In this document: positions 1 to 9,202 of the stretch, piece by piece
How the letters are laid out: each line of letters opens with the position of its first letter
How positions within the stretch are numbered: position 1 is the first letter of the stretch
Source: Candidatus Saccharimonadota bacterium
Lineage (GTDB): Bacteria; Patescibacteriota; Saccharimonadia; Saccharimonadales; UBA10212
Assembly (NCBI GenBank): GCA_013815775.1
Contig: JACDFN010000002.1
Span: 128,717 to 192,716 of the forward strand
Length of the DNA: 64,000 nucleotides
Direction: 5' to 3'
Translations under genes and position numbers: made by a program
Notes under the pieces: generated by a model
What the model was told of the DNA's origin: nothing
Databases searched by the model: none
What the model saw: only the letters and a program-made list of their open reading frames with translations

Positions 1-2
1 CT

Positions 3-605
3 GCAGTTTTTGGAAAAACAAAAAAAATAGCTAGGTCTGGCAGCCACATTATTTTCCTAGGTCGATTAGTGGAGCGTAAAGGGTGCCTTTTTTTACTAAA
101 GGCTTTTCTGATTATAGCCGCAAAGTATCCAAACGCCCGGTTAACTATTGCTGGGGACGGGCCTGATAGGAATGAATTAGAGGACTTCGTTAAGAAAAAC
201 AATTTACAAAAACAGGTTAGTTTTCTAGGTTTTATTGACGAGAACGACAAACCAAACCTCTTAGGAAGTACCGATATTGCTTGCTTCCCCTCCCTTTACG
301 GTGAAAGCTTTGGGATCGTGCTAATTGAGGCAATGGCTGCCGGAGCAGGCGTAGTGATAGGTGGCAATAACCCTGGCTATAAAACAGTTCTTGAACCCGA
401 GGCTCTTTTTGATCCAAAAAACCCTAACCAACTAGCGTTGCTGCTTGAAAATTTAATGAACAATAAAGAGCTATCAGCAAGAATACACCTTAAACAGCAG
501 CAAGATGTTAAAAAATACGACATAGAAATAGTGGGAGCAAAGCTTGTTGAGATTTACCGCTCGGCTGTTGCTAAAAAAAGACTAAAAAGCCATAATAAAT
601 TCTAA
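3..605 (+). CDS. glycosyltransferase family 4 (group 1, GT-B), C-terminal part; 5' end lies outside the window
   Basis: Frame 3 is open from the window edge (..SHIIFLGRLVERKG..). GDGP and ESFGIVLIEAMAAG (E-x7-E) motifs are typical of GT4 enzymes. Confidence 0.8.
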   Translation, partial: AVFGKTKKIARSGSHIIFLGRLVERKGCLFLLKAFLIIAAKYPNARLTIAGDGPDRNELEDFVKKNNLQKQVSFLGFIDENDKPNLLGSTDIACFPSLYGESFGIVLIEAMAAGAGVVIGGNNPGYKTVLEPEALFDPKNPNQLALLLENLMNNKELSARIHLKQQQDVKKYDIEIVGAKLVEIYRSAVAKKRLKSHNKF

Positions 606-1694
606 ATGAACTCTGATCGTCAGATTACCGTAAACATTACCAATCGCACTATTATTCGAACAATCTTGTTGGTAGCTGGCGCAATTCTCTTTTTTCACTT
701 TATAGATGAGATTTCTCGCCCACTAACTTTAATATTTGTATCCTTCTTTCTAGCCTTAGCCCTTAACCCCGTTGTCAGTTGGATGTCACGCAGGCTGAAA
801 ATTAAAAGCCGCGCTCGGGCTACGGCAGTAGCTTTTCTTACTGTTATTATGTTTTTGGCTGGTTTTTTCGTACTGGTTATTCCACCCTTAGTTCAACAGA
901 CCAGGGATTTTATTATTGAAGTTCCTAGTATTGTTGAAAACTTTCAAGAGCAAGACACAAGCCTGTCCAGGGCCGTAGAGCGGTATAACTTAAACGATAG
1001 ACTGGCCAGTAGCGCAAATGATTTTGCCTCAGAGTATAGTAACTTTGGCGGAGCACTTCTGGATACCGGCAAAAGGGTTGCAGGGGTAGTAATTTCCGTT
1101 TTGGCTGTGCTTGTGATGACCTTTATGATGCTTGTTGAAGGTCCCCGTTGGATTAAATTATGGTGGGCCACAATGCCTGATAAGCGTCGGGAACATCACC
1201 AAAAGCTTGCCTATAAAATGTATAAATCGGTCAGCGGTTTTGTGAACGGTCAGGTACTGCTGGCTGCTCTTGCTGGAACCATGGCGTTTATAGCACTGAC
1301 GGTATCCAGTGCAGTTCTAGACGTGTCCATAAATGCCGCCGCTCTTGCTGGCATAGTGGCTGTTTTTGCGCTAATTCCATTATTCGGTAATTTAATCTCA
1401 ACAGCCCTTGTTGTTTTAGTCTGTCTACTCAATTCATTTACACTCGGGATTGTGGTGCTAGTATTCTTTATTATTTACCAGCAGATAGAAAACCTATCTA
1501 TTCAACCCTATATTCAATCACGCATCAGCGAACTTACCCCACTAATGGTCTTTATATCTGCCTTAATTGGTATAAGTTTTGGCGGTATCTTAGGTGCAAT
1601 TGTAGCAATACCTGCAGCCAGTACAGTAAAAATCTTGCTCGAGGATCAGCTTGAGCGGCGCGGTATAAAAGCTAAGATAGCCGAGACCAAATAG
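606..1694 (+). CDS. AI-2E family transporter (PerM/UPF0118-like permease)
   Basis: 362 aa polytopic membrane protein whose length and TM pattern are typical of AI-2E permeases. The ATG abuts the upstream stop (TAAATG). The 3' end overlaps convergent cysS by 23 nt. Confidence 0.7.
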   Translation: MNSDRQITVNITNRTIIRTILLVAGAILFFHFIDEISRPLTLIFVSFFLALALNPVVSWMSRRLKIKSRARATAVAFLTVIMFLAGFFVLVIPPLVQQTRDFIIEVPSIVENFQEQDTSLSRAVERYNLNDRLASSANDFASEYSNFGGALLDTGKRVAGVVISVLAVLVMTFMMLVEGPRWIKLWWATMPDKRREHHQKLAYKMYKSVSGFVNGQVLLAALAGTMAFIALTVSSAVLDVSINAAALAGIVAVFALIPLFGNLISTALVVLVCLLNSFTLGIVVLVFFIIYQQIENLSIQPYIQSRISELTPLMVFISALIGISFGGILGAIVAIPAASTVKILLEDQLERRGIKAKIAETK

Positions 1695-3108
1695 GTCCAG
1701 CAGCTTTATCCTCTAGCTCCAATCCTAGGTCCAGTAGCTGGGCTCTTATATCATCAGCGCTTTGCCAGTCTTTAGACCCACGAGCTGCTTCACGTTCAAG
1801 AATAAGTTTCTTTGTCTCTTCAGGTATATCGTCCCGGTCCAGTAGTCTAAGACCCAGACCATCATCTAGTTGCTTCAAAAATTCTTCAAATTGACCCAGG
1901 TCTTGTTTGCTCAGGCCTTTTTGTCCTACGTTGTCTATTAAATCGCTTAAAGCTGCTATCGCCAATGGAGTATTTAAATCATCCCGCAAGTGAGCTATAA
2001 ATTTCTGAATAAGAAGACTGAACATGTCGCTGGAATCGTTATTTTGTGACTGGGCTTGAAAACGTAAGTCAGCAAATGCTCTCAAGCTTTTAAGTCGGTT
2101 TTGGGCAGCCTCTAATGATTCCCATGAAAAATTCATATGGCTGCGATAGTGCGACTGCAGATACAACAGCCTTAGTGTTAAAGGATCGTAACCTTTTTTG
2201 ATGATATCGTCTAAGGTGTAATAAGTGCCAAGACTTTTGCTCATTTTTTCTCCATTAACTAAGAGATGTTCGTTGTGTATCCAGAAACGAGAGAGCTGCT
2301 TATCATAGGCCGCTTTTGTTTGGGCTATTTCGTTGGTGTGGTGGGTACCTATATGGTCTACCCCGCCGGTATGTATATCGAGTGGTTCACCCAGAGTTTC
2401 GTGGACTATCGCTGAGCATTCTAGGTGCCACCCTGGAAAACCTTTGCCCCAAGGACTATCCCAGTGCATAGAATGTCCAGCAAACCTACCAACCGTAAAA
2501 AACCAAAGAGCAAAGTCTTGGGGGTGACGCTTATTGCGATCCGTAACAACTTCTTTCCGGGCAGCAACCTCTTTCTCCTCTATTTTTTGCTTAGTCAGTA
2601 TTTCGTAGTCAGGAGCCTGCGAAACGTCGAAATAAATTGCTTCTTCAGTCTGGTAAGCAATTTTTTTATCCATAAGTAACATAATTAATGCAAGTTGAGA
2701 TTCAATGAAATCAGTTGCTCTGGCGTAGTTGTCACTGCGCTTTTTATCGGTGTATCCGTTGGGCGAAAGAATATTTAGTAAATTGCTGTCCCTCTTGAAG
2801 GCTTCTTCGTAAAATTTGGCGACCTCCCAGACAGACTTTCCCTCGCGGTTGGCTCCTTTCTCTAGTTTATCGTCACCTTCATCACCGTCGCTGGACAGGT
2901 GGCCAACATCAGTGATGTTCATCACTTGCTTTACGCTGTGCCCGGATAGCTCTAAAGTTCGTCGAAGGGTGTCGGTGAAAACGTAGGCCCGCAGGTTACC
3001 AATATGCGCAAAGTCATAAACGGTTGGGCCGCAGCTGTAAAGCATCACCTGATCTCCCCGCGGCTCGAAATGCTCAGTCTGCTTAGTAATAGTGTTGTAA
3101 AGCCTCAT
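1672..3108 (-). CDS. cysS: cysteine--tRNA ligase
   Basis: Class I aaRS signatures are present: HIGN (FAHIGNLR), KMSKS, CGPTVYD, GWHLECSA and HHTNEIAQ. Confidence 0.95.
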   Translation of the reverse strand: MRLYNTITKQTEHFEPRGDQVMLYSCGPTVYDFAHIGNLRAYVFTDTLRRTLELSGHSVKQVMNITDVGHLSSDGDEGDDKLEKGANREGKSVWEVAKFYEEAFKRDSNLLNILSPNGYTDKKRSDNYARATDFIESQLALIMLLMDKKIAYQTEEAIYFDVSQAPDYEILTKQKIEEKEVAARKEVVTDRNKRHPQDFALWFFTVGRFAGHSMHWDSPWGKGFPGWHLECSAIVHETLGEPLDIHTGGVDHIGTHHTNEIAQTKAAYDKQLSRFWIHNEHLLVNGEKMSKSLGTYYTLDDIIKKGYDPLTLRLLYLQSHYRSHMNFSWESLEAAQNRLKSLRAFADLRFQAQSQNNDSSDMFSLLIQKFIAHLRDDLNTPLAIAALSDLIDNVGQKGLSKQDLGQFEEFLKQLDDGLGLRLLDRDDIPEETKKLILEREAARGSKDWQSADDIRAQLLDLGLELEDKAAGPIWSRLS

Positions 3109-4121
3109 GCCCCGTGTTCCTCAAGCTCGTCAAGGAGCGATGAAGCGACATTTATTGCTTCTGCTTTAATTTCGTCGAAGCTTTGCCCGGTTTGAACTTT
3201 AAATCCGCTTGCGTATGGATGTCCGCCACCTCCGAAATGTTCAGCTATTTTATCGCTTATACTGCGCCCGTAGTTACTCCGTATCTTCGCAGTTACCTTC
3301 TTGTCTCGGTATACTTTGAAACATATGGCAATGTCTGTACCTTTGCCCAGGCGCATATCATCTATTACTAGCATTGAGGGGTTATAAAGAGGACTAAACT
3401 TCTCAATTTCTTCCCACGGAATGGTTACTGTGGCAATACGATTATTGCTATGAAACTCAACTCTTTGAAGCAATAAGCCCTTGTATCTTATCAGTTCGGG
3501 CTCTCGGCGCATTGTCGCTCGCCGGGCGCTATCAATTTCAGCCAATTTAATACCACCTTCTACAAGCTCGGCGACGGTATGGATTGATTTAGCTGTTGTG
3601 GCTTCGCTCATTAAACCCAAGCTATCACTCAGGATACCTATAGCTAAAAATTCCTTTGCTTGTTTATTCAGCGCCCAACCCAACTGCTTGGCGAGTCCGT
3701 AAATAATCTCTGTAGTGGCCACAGCAGGATGACAACACATAATTGCCGAGAAGCTTATGCTGGGTTTGGTGCTGTGATGATCGATAACAATACTCGGCTT
3801 AGAGGCTAGCCACGCCTTTGCTCCTGTTTTTTCTAGTTGTTCTAAAAGAGTATCGCTACTAGTATCAACAATTATGCTAGCATCAAAGCTTTTGGGGAAT
3901 TCTTTTATTACACGATCTGAACCATCTAGGTACTCTAGATAGGTAGGGAGGTCGACCCCACAGTACAAGGTAACCTTTTTACCTAACTCCTCAAGGATAT
4001 GTTCTAGCGCTAACGAACTAGCCAGGCTATCGGTATCTGGGTTATCGGCTTGTACAACAACAATGTGCTCGGCATCAGCTATAGCATCGGCTATAGCTCC
4101 AGCTTCACTATAATCTTCCAT
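3105..4121 (-). CDS. DHH/DHHA1 family phosphoesterase (NrnA-like), paralog 1
   Basis: DHH motif (VIDHHS) and DHHA1 motif GGGGHPYASG. The stop overlaps the cysS start (ATGA). Confidence 0.8.
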   Translation of the reverse strand: MEDYSEAGAIADAIADAEHIVVVQADNPDTDSLASSLALEHILEELGKKVTLYCGVDLPTYLEYLDGSDRVIKEFPKSFDASIIVDTSSDTLLEQLEKTGAKAWLASKPSIVIDHHSTKPSISFSAIMCCHPAVATTEIIYGLAKQLGWALNKQAKEFLAIGILSDSLGLMSEATTAKSIHTVAELVEGGIKLAEIDSARRATMRREPELIRYKGLLLQRVEFHSNNRIATVTIPWEEIEKFSPLYNPSMLVIDDMRLGKGTDIAICFKVYRDKKVTAKIRSNYGRSISDKIAEHFGGGGHPYASGFKVQTGQSFDEIKAEAINVASSLLDELEEHGA

Positions 4122-4129
4122 TAAACTAC

Positions 4130-4135
4130 ATTATA
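4130..4135 (-). promoter_or_regulatory. -10 box TGtTATAAT, 8 nt upstream of the DHH-1 ATG (candidate leaderless promoter)
   Basis: Minus strand reads ggTGTTATAATgtagtttaATG. There is no SD sequence between the box and the start. Confidence 0.4.
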
Positions 4136-4164
4136 ACACCTTAAGGGTATGCTTTAGAGGCTAG

Positions 4165-4773
4165 CTACATCAACTGACGGCCTTCGAAAGCACGAGTCAG
4201 GGTGATTTGGTCAGCATACTCTAGATCCATACCCACCGATATCCCCCGAGCAAGCCGGGTGATCTTTAAAGGCTTGCCTTCTAACTTCTGCATAATCAGC
4301 AAAGCCGTACTCTCTCCTTCTATGCTTGCGTTGGTGGCCAAAATTAATTCTTCTACCTTGTCGGCATCTACCCTATTAATCAGCTCATTAATATGTAGGT
4401 GCTCAGGTCCTACGTTATCTATTGGTGAGACGAGCCCTCCCAAAACATGGTAGGTGCCACTAAAACTGTTTGTTTTTTCGATTGCAACTATATCAAATGG
4501 ATCGGCTACAACGGCCACAATAGTCTTCTTACGCCGAGGGTTACTATACAGAGGGCTTACGTCTTGCCCGCTCTCTATAAGAGCAAATGTTTTTGGGCAG
4601 TATTTAGTCCCGGAATGTAGTTTTTTAATGGATTCTAGGATACTTTGTGCTTTAGAGCGGTCGCTACGAAGTAAGTAGTACGCATACCGCTCCGACGTAC
4701 GGGGGCCTACTCCAGGTAGTTGACCTAGAGCATCAATTAAATCTTGAAGAGGCCCTGGTATAACCTGCGCCAT
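4165..4773 (-). CDS. recR: recombination protein RecR
   Basis: HhH segment LPGVGPRTSERYAYYLL, NPRR motif and Toprim core LATNASIEGESTA. The zinc-finger cysteines are mostly absent (see findings). Confidence 0.9.
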   Translation of the reverse strand: MAQVIPGPLQDLIDALGQLPGVGPRTSERYAYYLLRSDRSKAQSILESIKKLHSGTKYCPKTFALIESGQDVSPLYSNPRRKKTIVAVVADPFDIVAIEKTNSFSGTYHVLGGLVSPIDNVGPEHLHINELINRVDADKVEELILATNASIEGESTALLIMQKLEGKPLKITRLARGISVGMDLEYADQITLTRAFEGRQLM

Positions 4774-4780
4774 AAAATAT

Positions 4781-5074
4781 TTATAAGCCTAAATTTCCTA
4801 GAGCACCCATGACTGGTTGCATTTTTTCAGCCGCCAAGCGTTGACTTTGGCCGATGGCGTCTTTAATAGCATCCTCTAGCCATCGCTCTAATTGTCCTAC
4901 ATCTTCAAGGTCTACCTGCTCAGGATCAATGCTAATTTTCTTTATTTTTTGCTCACCAGTTATCTCTACTTTAACTGCACCATCGCCTGCCTCTACTACT
5001 ATCACTTCTTTTTGTAATTCTTTTTGAAGTTTACGGGCACGCATCAAAAGCTTGGCTTGATCAAATTTGGTCAA
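4781..5074 (-). CDS. ybaB: YbaB/EbfC family nucleoid-associated protein
   Basis: 97 aa with a YbaB-like core (VEAGDGAVKVEITGEQKIKKISIDPE). TTG start with an AAGGGAG SD 7 nt upstream. It sits in the canonical position just upstream of recR. Confidence 0.85.
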   Translation of the reverse strand: MTKFDQAKLLMRARKLQKELQKEVIVVEAGDGAVKVEITGEQKIKKISIDPEQVDLEDVGQLERWLEDAIKDAIGQSQRLAAEKMQPVMGALGNLGL

Positions 5075-5096
5075 TTTACTACTCCCTTATATAGAG

Positions 5097-6281
5097 TCAT
5101 TTTATCACGTAGGTGCTTCTTGTAGCCAATGTGCTGGGCCAAGCAACCAGACTGTAGCGTGTCCCTATCAAAAGATGAAGGCCAACGACTGTAACCATGA
5201 GAAGTACGGCCAGAGCTTTCGGCAATGGATTTAAAGGAAATACAGTCCTCCACTCCTTGTATAAATAACGAAGTCCGGCAGCGCTTAAGATACAGGCTGC
5301 TGGCAGGCTAAGAATTAAATATAATAAATTATTGAATACCCCAGCTGTTATAATACCGAGTACAAACATTCCTATAAGAAGGTACAACTCTCGGCGGGCA
5401 CGAGTCCACATGGCATAAAGTCCAAACAAACCTAAAACTATCTGCAAAGCGTTAAGCATGGGCAGCCGTCCTATTACTAAGGAGTGGCTATCTCTGGTCA
5501 TCCAAAATAGAGATAAGCCAGCCCATGCGGTGGATTTCATGACTTCAGTTGAATTGGCTAACTCAGAAGGAATAAGCATCAAAGACTTAACAACCGAAGG
5601 ATTCTCGATAGACGCCATCACTATTGGGGCCATAAATAGCAGAGGAATGGCAAACAGACTTATTACCACCCAACTGCGCATTGGGGCCAGTAAGTGAACA
5701 AGCTTCTTTCGAAAGATTAAGGACCCTAATAACACAAAATAAATTGTACCGGGGGTATATAATGCCACGCCAAGAACCACCATTAGCGTAAACCATGCTA
5801 ATGTTTTTTTGTCTGTTTTACTAAACCAAACGTAGGAGGCTAATAGAGCAATAGGTGTAAGAAGTAATATATACGGAGTTGCACTTCTTGCTGAAAGAAT
5901 AATAAACGGAGTCCCGGCAAGCAGCATAGTTCCCAGTAAACTGACAAGCCTACCAAACCATAAACGTAGAAGCGTGTAGAAAAAAAGCAGCAATGCCAAG
6001 GCAAACAATACCGAGCTAAGGCGCATCCAAAAAGCGCCGCTTTGCCCAGCAGATTGAAACCCTAACTGGACCAGCTTATGGGGAGCGAAAGTAGGGTCCG
6101 AAATAATATTATCTAAGCTACTACTGCTTTGCCGAGACGCTGACTCGGCCTGGCTTAATCCTGTTGTTAATGTTCCTAGACGCCAAGTATATAAAAAAAG
6201 TACTACAGAAAGTAAAAAAAGAACTGTTATCAAGCCGCCCTGCCGACTTAAAAAAGGCCACTTATTTGTGACTTTACTCAT
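5097..6281 (-). CDS. polytopic membrane protein, possibly a GT-C type (PMT/ArnT-like) glycosyltransferase
   Basis: 394 aa with about 10-11 hydrophobic helices and a Ser-rich loop after TM1. The family assignment rests only on architecture, not on motifs. Confidence 0.4.
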   Translation of the reverse strand: MSKVTNKWPFLSRQGGLITVLFLLSVVLFLYTWRLGTLTTGLSQAESASRQSSSSLDNIISDPTFAPHKLVQLGFQSAGQSGAFWMRLSSVLFALALLLFFYTLLRLWFGRLVSLLGTMLLAGTPFIILSARSATPYILLLTPIALLASYVWFSKTDKKTLAWFTLMVVLGVALYTPGTIYFVLLGSLIFRKKLVHLLAPMRSWVVISLFAIPLLFMAPIVMASIENPSVVKSLMLIPSELANSTEVMKSTAWAGLSLFWMTRDSHSLVIGRLPMLNALQIVLGLFGLYAMWTRARRELYLLIGMFVLGIITAGVFNNLLYLILSLPAACILSAAGLRYLYKEWRTVFPLNPLPKALAVLLMVTVVGLHLLIGTRYSLVAWPSTLATRSTYVIK

Positions 6282-6299
6282 GTATCCAAGTATAACAAA

Positions 6300-7670
6300 T
6301 TAATCATTAAAGGGTTGATCGTGGCGCTTATCTAAGTCTCTAAACCTTTGTTGCGTTCGATCAAAGAATAACTCCACGTTGCCTACTGGACCGTTACGGT
6401 GTTTTTTTATAAAAATATCCGTAATATTTTGCCTATCAGTATCGGGGTTGTAGTACTCTTCGCGGTACAAGAAGGCTACTATATCGGCATCCTGCTCGAT
6501 TGATCCTGATTCACGCAGGTCCGCTAGCTGAGGTATTTGTGGGCTACGACTTTCGACTGAACGACTTAGCTGACTGGCTGCAACAACCGGAACATTAAGT
6601 TCTCTGGCTAGAATTTTTAGACTTCTACTAATTTCTGATATTTCTTGTACTCGGTTAGCCGCTGATGCAAACCGTGATCCACCGCTCATCAGTTGTAAAT
6701 AATCAACCATAATTACAGCAAGGGGGTGCTGGTGGTGTAAGCGTCGTGCCTTAGTTCGTAGATCGCTTACGGTTATTCCTGGGGTATCATCGAGAAAAAT
6801 TGGAGCTTCAGCTAGTTCCCCCATAGCAGAACTTAACCGCTCAAAATCTTGATCAGTTAATCCTTCACCTGTGCGCAATTTCCAGGCATCTACACCCGCC
6901 TCTGCTGCCAGCAATCGGTCTACCAACTGTTCCTTGCTCATTTCTAAGCTAAAAAATAAAACTGACCCTTGGTTAGCCTTGGTGGCTATATTAAGAGACA
7001 TATTGAGCATAATAGCGGTCTTACCCATAGATGGACGGGCGGCCACAACCAGTAAGTCGGATCTTTGCAAGCCCGCCAGTAACTTATCAATATCCCTTAA
7101 ACCTGTCGGAATTCCCCTCAGACCCCCTTTATGTCTGTGTAGATCATCAAGACGGTCAAAGCTATCCCCTAATATGGACTCTAGGCTGATAATATCTTGG
7201 CGTACGTGTCGTTGACTAACCTGAAATAGTCTTGATTCGGCTTCTTCAATAAGTTCTTGCAAGCTTTTATTTTCATCGTATCCAATGCTGGTGATGTCCT
7301 GTGAAGCACTAATTAAACGGCGTCGGATGGCTTTATCGGCTACAATTTGAGCGTATTGTTCCAAATGGGCTGCAGTTGGCACAAAATTTGTCAGCTCGGT
7401 CAAATAACCTGCTCCCCCCACGGCATCTAGTTGACCCTCAGCTTTTAGCTGTTCGCTCAAGGTAAGAATGTCGACTGGGCTTCGTTTATCATGCAGCATC
7501 CTCATAGAAGCAAATACTCTGCGGTGTTTTTCGTCGTAAAAATCTTCCGGGTTTAATAAGTCGGCAATCTTTACAAAAGATTCACCCTCAATTAGTAAAC
7601 TGCCCAAAACACTGGCCTCGATATCGAGATTCTGAGGTGGTATCGCGAGGTTAGAAGCTATCTTATCCAT
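6300..7670 (-). CDS. dnaB: replicative DNA helicase DnaB
   Basis: N-terminal PPQNLDIEASVLGSLL, Walker A ARPSMGKTA, and VMVDYLQLM / SQLSR motifs. Confidence 0.95.
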   Translation of the reverse strand: MDKIASNLAIPPQNLDIEASVLGSLLIEGESFVKIADLLNPEDFYDEKHRRVFASMRMLHDKRSPVDILTLSEQLKAEGQLDAVGGAGYLTELTNFVPTAAHLEQYAQIVADKAIRRRLISASQDITSIGYDENKSLQELIEEAESRLFQVSQRHVRQDIISLESILGDSFDRLDDLHRHKGGLRGIPTGLRDIDKLLAGLQRSDLLVVAARPSMGKTAIMLNMSLNIATKANQGSVLFFSLEMSKEQLVDRLLAAEAGVDAWKLRTGEGLTDQDFERLSSAMGELAEAPIFLDDTPGITVSDLRTKARRLHHQHPLAVIMVDYLQLMSGGSRFASAANRVQEISEISRSLKILARELNVPVVAASQLSRSVESRSPQIPQLADLRESGSIEQDADIVAFLYREEYYNPDTDRQNITDIFIKKHRNGPVGNVELFFDRTQQRFRDLDKRHDQPFND

Positions 7671-7688
7671 TTCCTATTGCTCATATAA

Positions 7689-9131
7689 TTAAGATTCTAA
7701 CACCTCAGCAGCCCCGAAGATATTGTTAATGGCTTCTACTGAATTAAGTTCTGGTAGAACGTTTGAAGATTTAACGTGGGCAACTTTGCCTTGCATTTTT
7801 TTCTCAAACATTTCTTTATCGACTGTACACTCGATTTTAACCTTTTGGCCGGTTACATCCTCAATAATACTTGCAATAAGATCTATATTCTTGGATTGAC
7901 TAATCTTTTTTTTGTGCAGAGGAAACTCAAATACTAAAGTTAAGTTCTCTGGGGATATCTGTGGTATCGCCAATCGAAGTGCAGTATATAACGAGGCAGC
8001 GTTTTCTTTTGATTTACCTATAACCTGCGGCCACATACTTAGATCGAAGGCTATTTGGTCCTTGGCTTTAGGCTTATTCGGTGCGGTCTCTTTTTTACTC
8101 AGAACATCAATTGCTGGAGCTTTAACTTCATTCTTTGCCTTTATAGAGGATGCTGCTTTAGGGGGCTTTTCTGAAACATTCTTCGCTGTCGCTTCAAGTA
8201 AACATATCTCTAAAAAATCTCTGGGGTTTGAGCTAGAAGAGACTTCGAGTAGTTGTTTCAGGGTTGGAACCAACCACAACGGCGCTGGGTCTTCCTCTAT
8301 TAGCTTAAGCCGTAGCACACGGCCCAAAAACTTGGCTACTAAGACCGGGTTTGCCCCATGGAGCCAAAGGTTCTCAATGTTTTTTATAGTACTGGGGCTT
8401 ATACCCTGTTCAATTGAATTAATTAACGATCTTACAGTGGAGGACGAAGGTAGCCCAAGGTGTGTTTGAACAAGTTCAGCTGTAATGAGCTTGCCACTGC
8501 CGGATAGTTGATCTAACAATCCTATGCTGTCACGAAAACTTCCATCACCATGCTCGGCTAAGATATCTAGTGCTTCGCTATCAATCTTAATGTTCTCTTT
8601 TTTAGCAATTTGGGCAAGGTGCTTGGTCGTTTGGTTGTTAGATATCTTCGTAAAGTTAAATCGTTGAGTTCGACTGATTATAGTTTCCGGAACTTTATGA
8701 GCCTCAGTGGTGGCTAAAATGAATATGCAGTGAGCAGGGGGCTCTTCAAGCGTCTTTAAGAGTGCATTAAAAGCTTCTCTAGTAAGCATATGCACTTCAT
8801 CGATAATATAAACTTTATATTGAGCAGATGTCGGGGTGATGTGTACTTTGTCGCGTAGATCTCTTATCTCATCTATGCGACGGTTGCTTGCAGCGTCAAT
8901 CTCTATGATATCAAGGTGTACAGAGTCGTCCTGGTAGTCTAATTTATTTACAGCGCGGGCAAAAATTCTAGCAACGCTAGTTTTGCCTACTCCTTTAGGG
9001 CCCGCTAACAGATAGGCATGACTAATACGTTTATTTTTTATAGCACTTTTCATAGTTTCGGTGATGTGTTCTTGGCCGATAACATCATCGAACGTCCTCG
9101 AACGGTATTTTCTATATAGTGCCTGACCCAT
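7689..9131 (-). CDS. dnaX: DNA polymerase III subunit gamma/tau
   Basis: LYRKYRSRTFDDVIGQEH, Walker A GPKGVGKT, DEVHML, and SRTQRF sensor motifs. Confidence 0.93.
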   Translation of the reverse strand: MGQALYRKYRSRTFDDVIGQEHITETMKSAIKNKRISHAYLLAGPKGVGKTSVARIFARAVNKLDYQDDSVHLDIIEIDAASNRRIDEIRDLRDKVHITPTSAQYKVYIIDEVHMLTREAFNALLKTLEEPPAHCIFILATTEAHKVPETIISRTQRFNFTKISNNQTTKHLAQIAKKENIKIDSEALDILAEHGDGSFRDSIGLLDQLSGSGKLITAELVQTHLGLPSSSTVRSLINSIEQGISPSTIKNIENLWLHGANPVLVAKFLGRVLRLKLIEEDPAPLWLVPTLKQLLEVSSSSNPRDFLEICLLEATAKNVSEKPPKAASSIKAKNEVKAPAIDVLSKKETAPNKPKAKDQIAFDLSMWPQVIGKSKENAASLYTALRLAIPQISPENLTLVFEFPLHKKKISQSKNIDLIASIIEDVTGQKVKIECTVDKEMFEKKMQGKVAHVKSSNVLPELNSVEAINNIFGAAEVLES

Positions 9132-9140
9132 AGTTAACTA

Positions 9141-9146
9141 ATTATA
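9141..9146 (-). promoter_or_regulatory. -10 box TATAAT, 9 nt upstream of the dnaX ATG (candidate leaderless or near-leaderless promoter)
   Basis: Minus strand reads ttttttttgagTATAATtagttaactATG. No SD is present. Confidence 0.35.
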
Positions 9147-9202
9147 CTCAAAAAAAACGCTACTGGACGTTGTTGATTATTCTTTTACTGGATACTTCTT
9201 AT

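Noticed and set aside
7912-8469. 185-aa plus-strand ORF antisense to dnaX. Similar long antisense ORFs occur at 42929-43384 (in tuf), 53539-53970 (at the rpoB/rpoC junction), 26828-27190 (in rpoA), 11825-12169 and 6871-7215.
   Set aside because: All are embedded antisense in strongly conserved genes. They have no recognisable motifs or ribosome-binding sites. Open antisense frames are expected from the codon bias of the sense strand.
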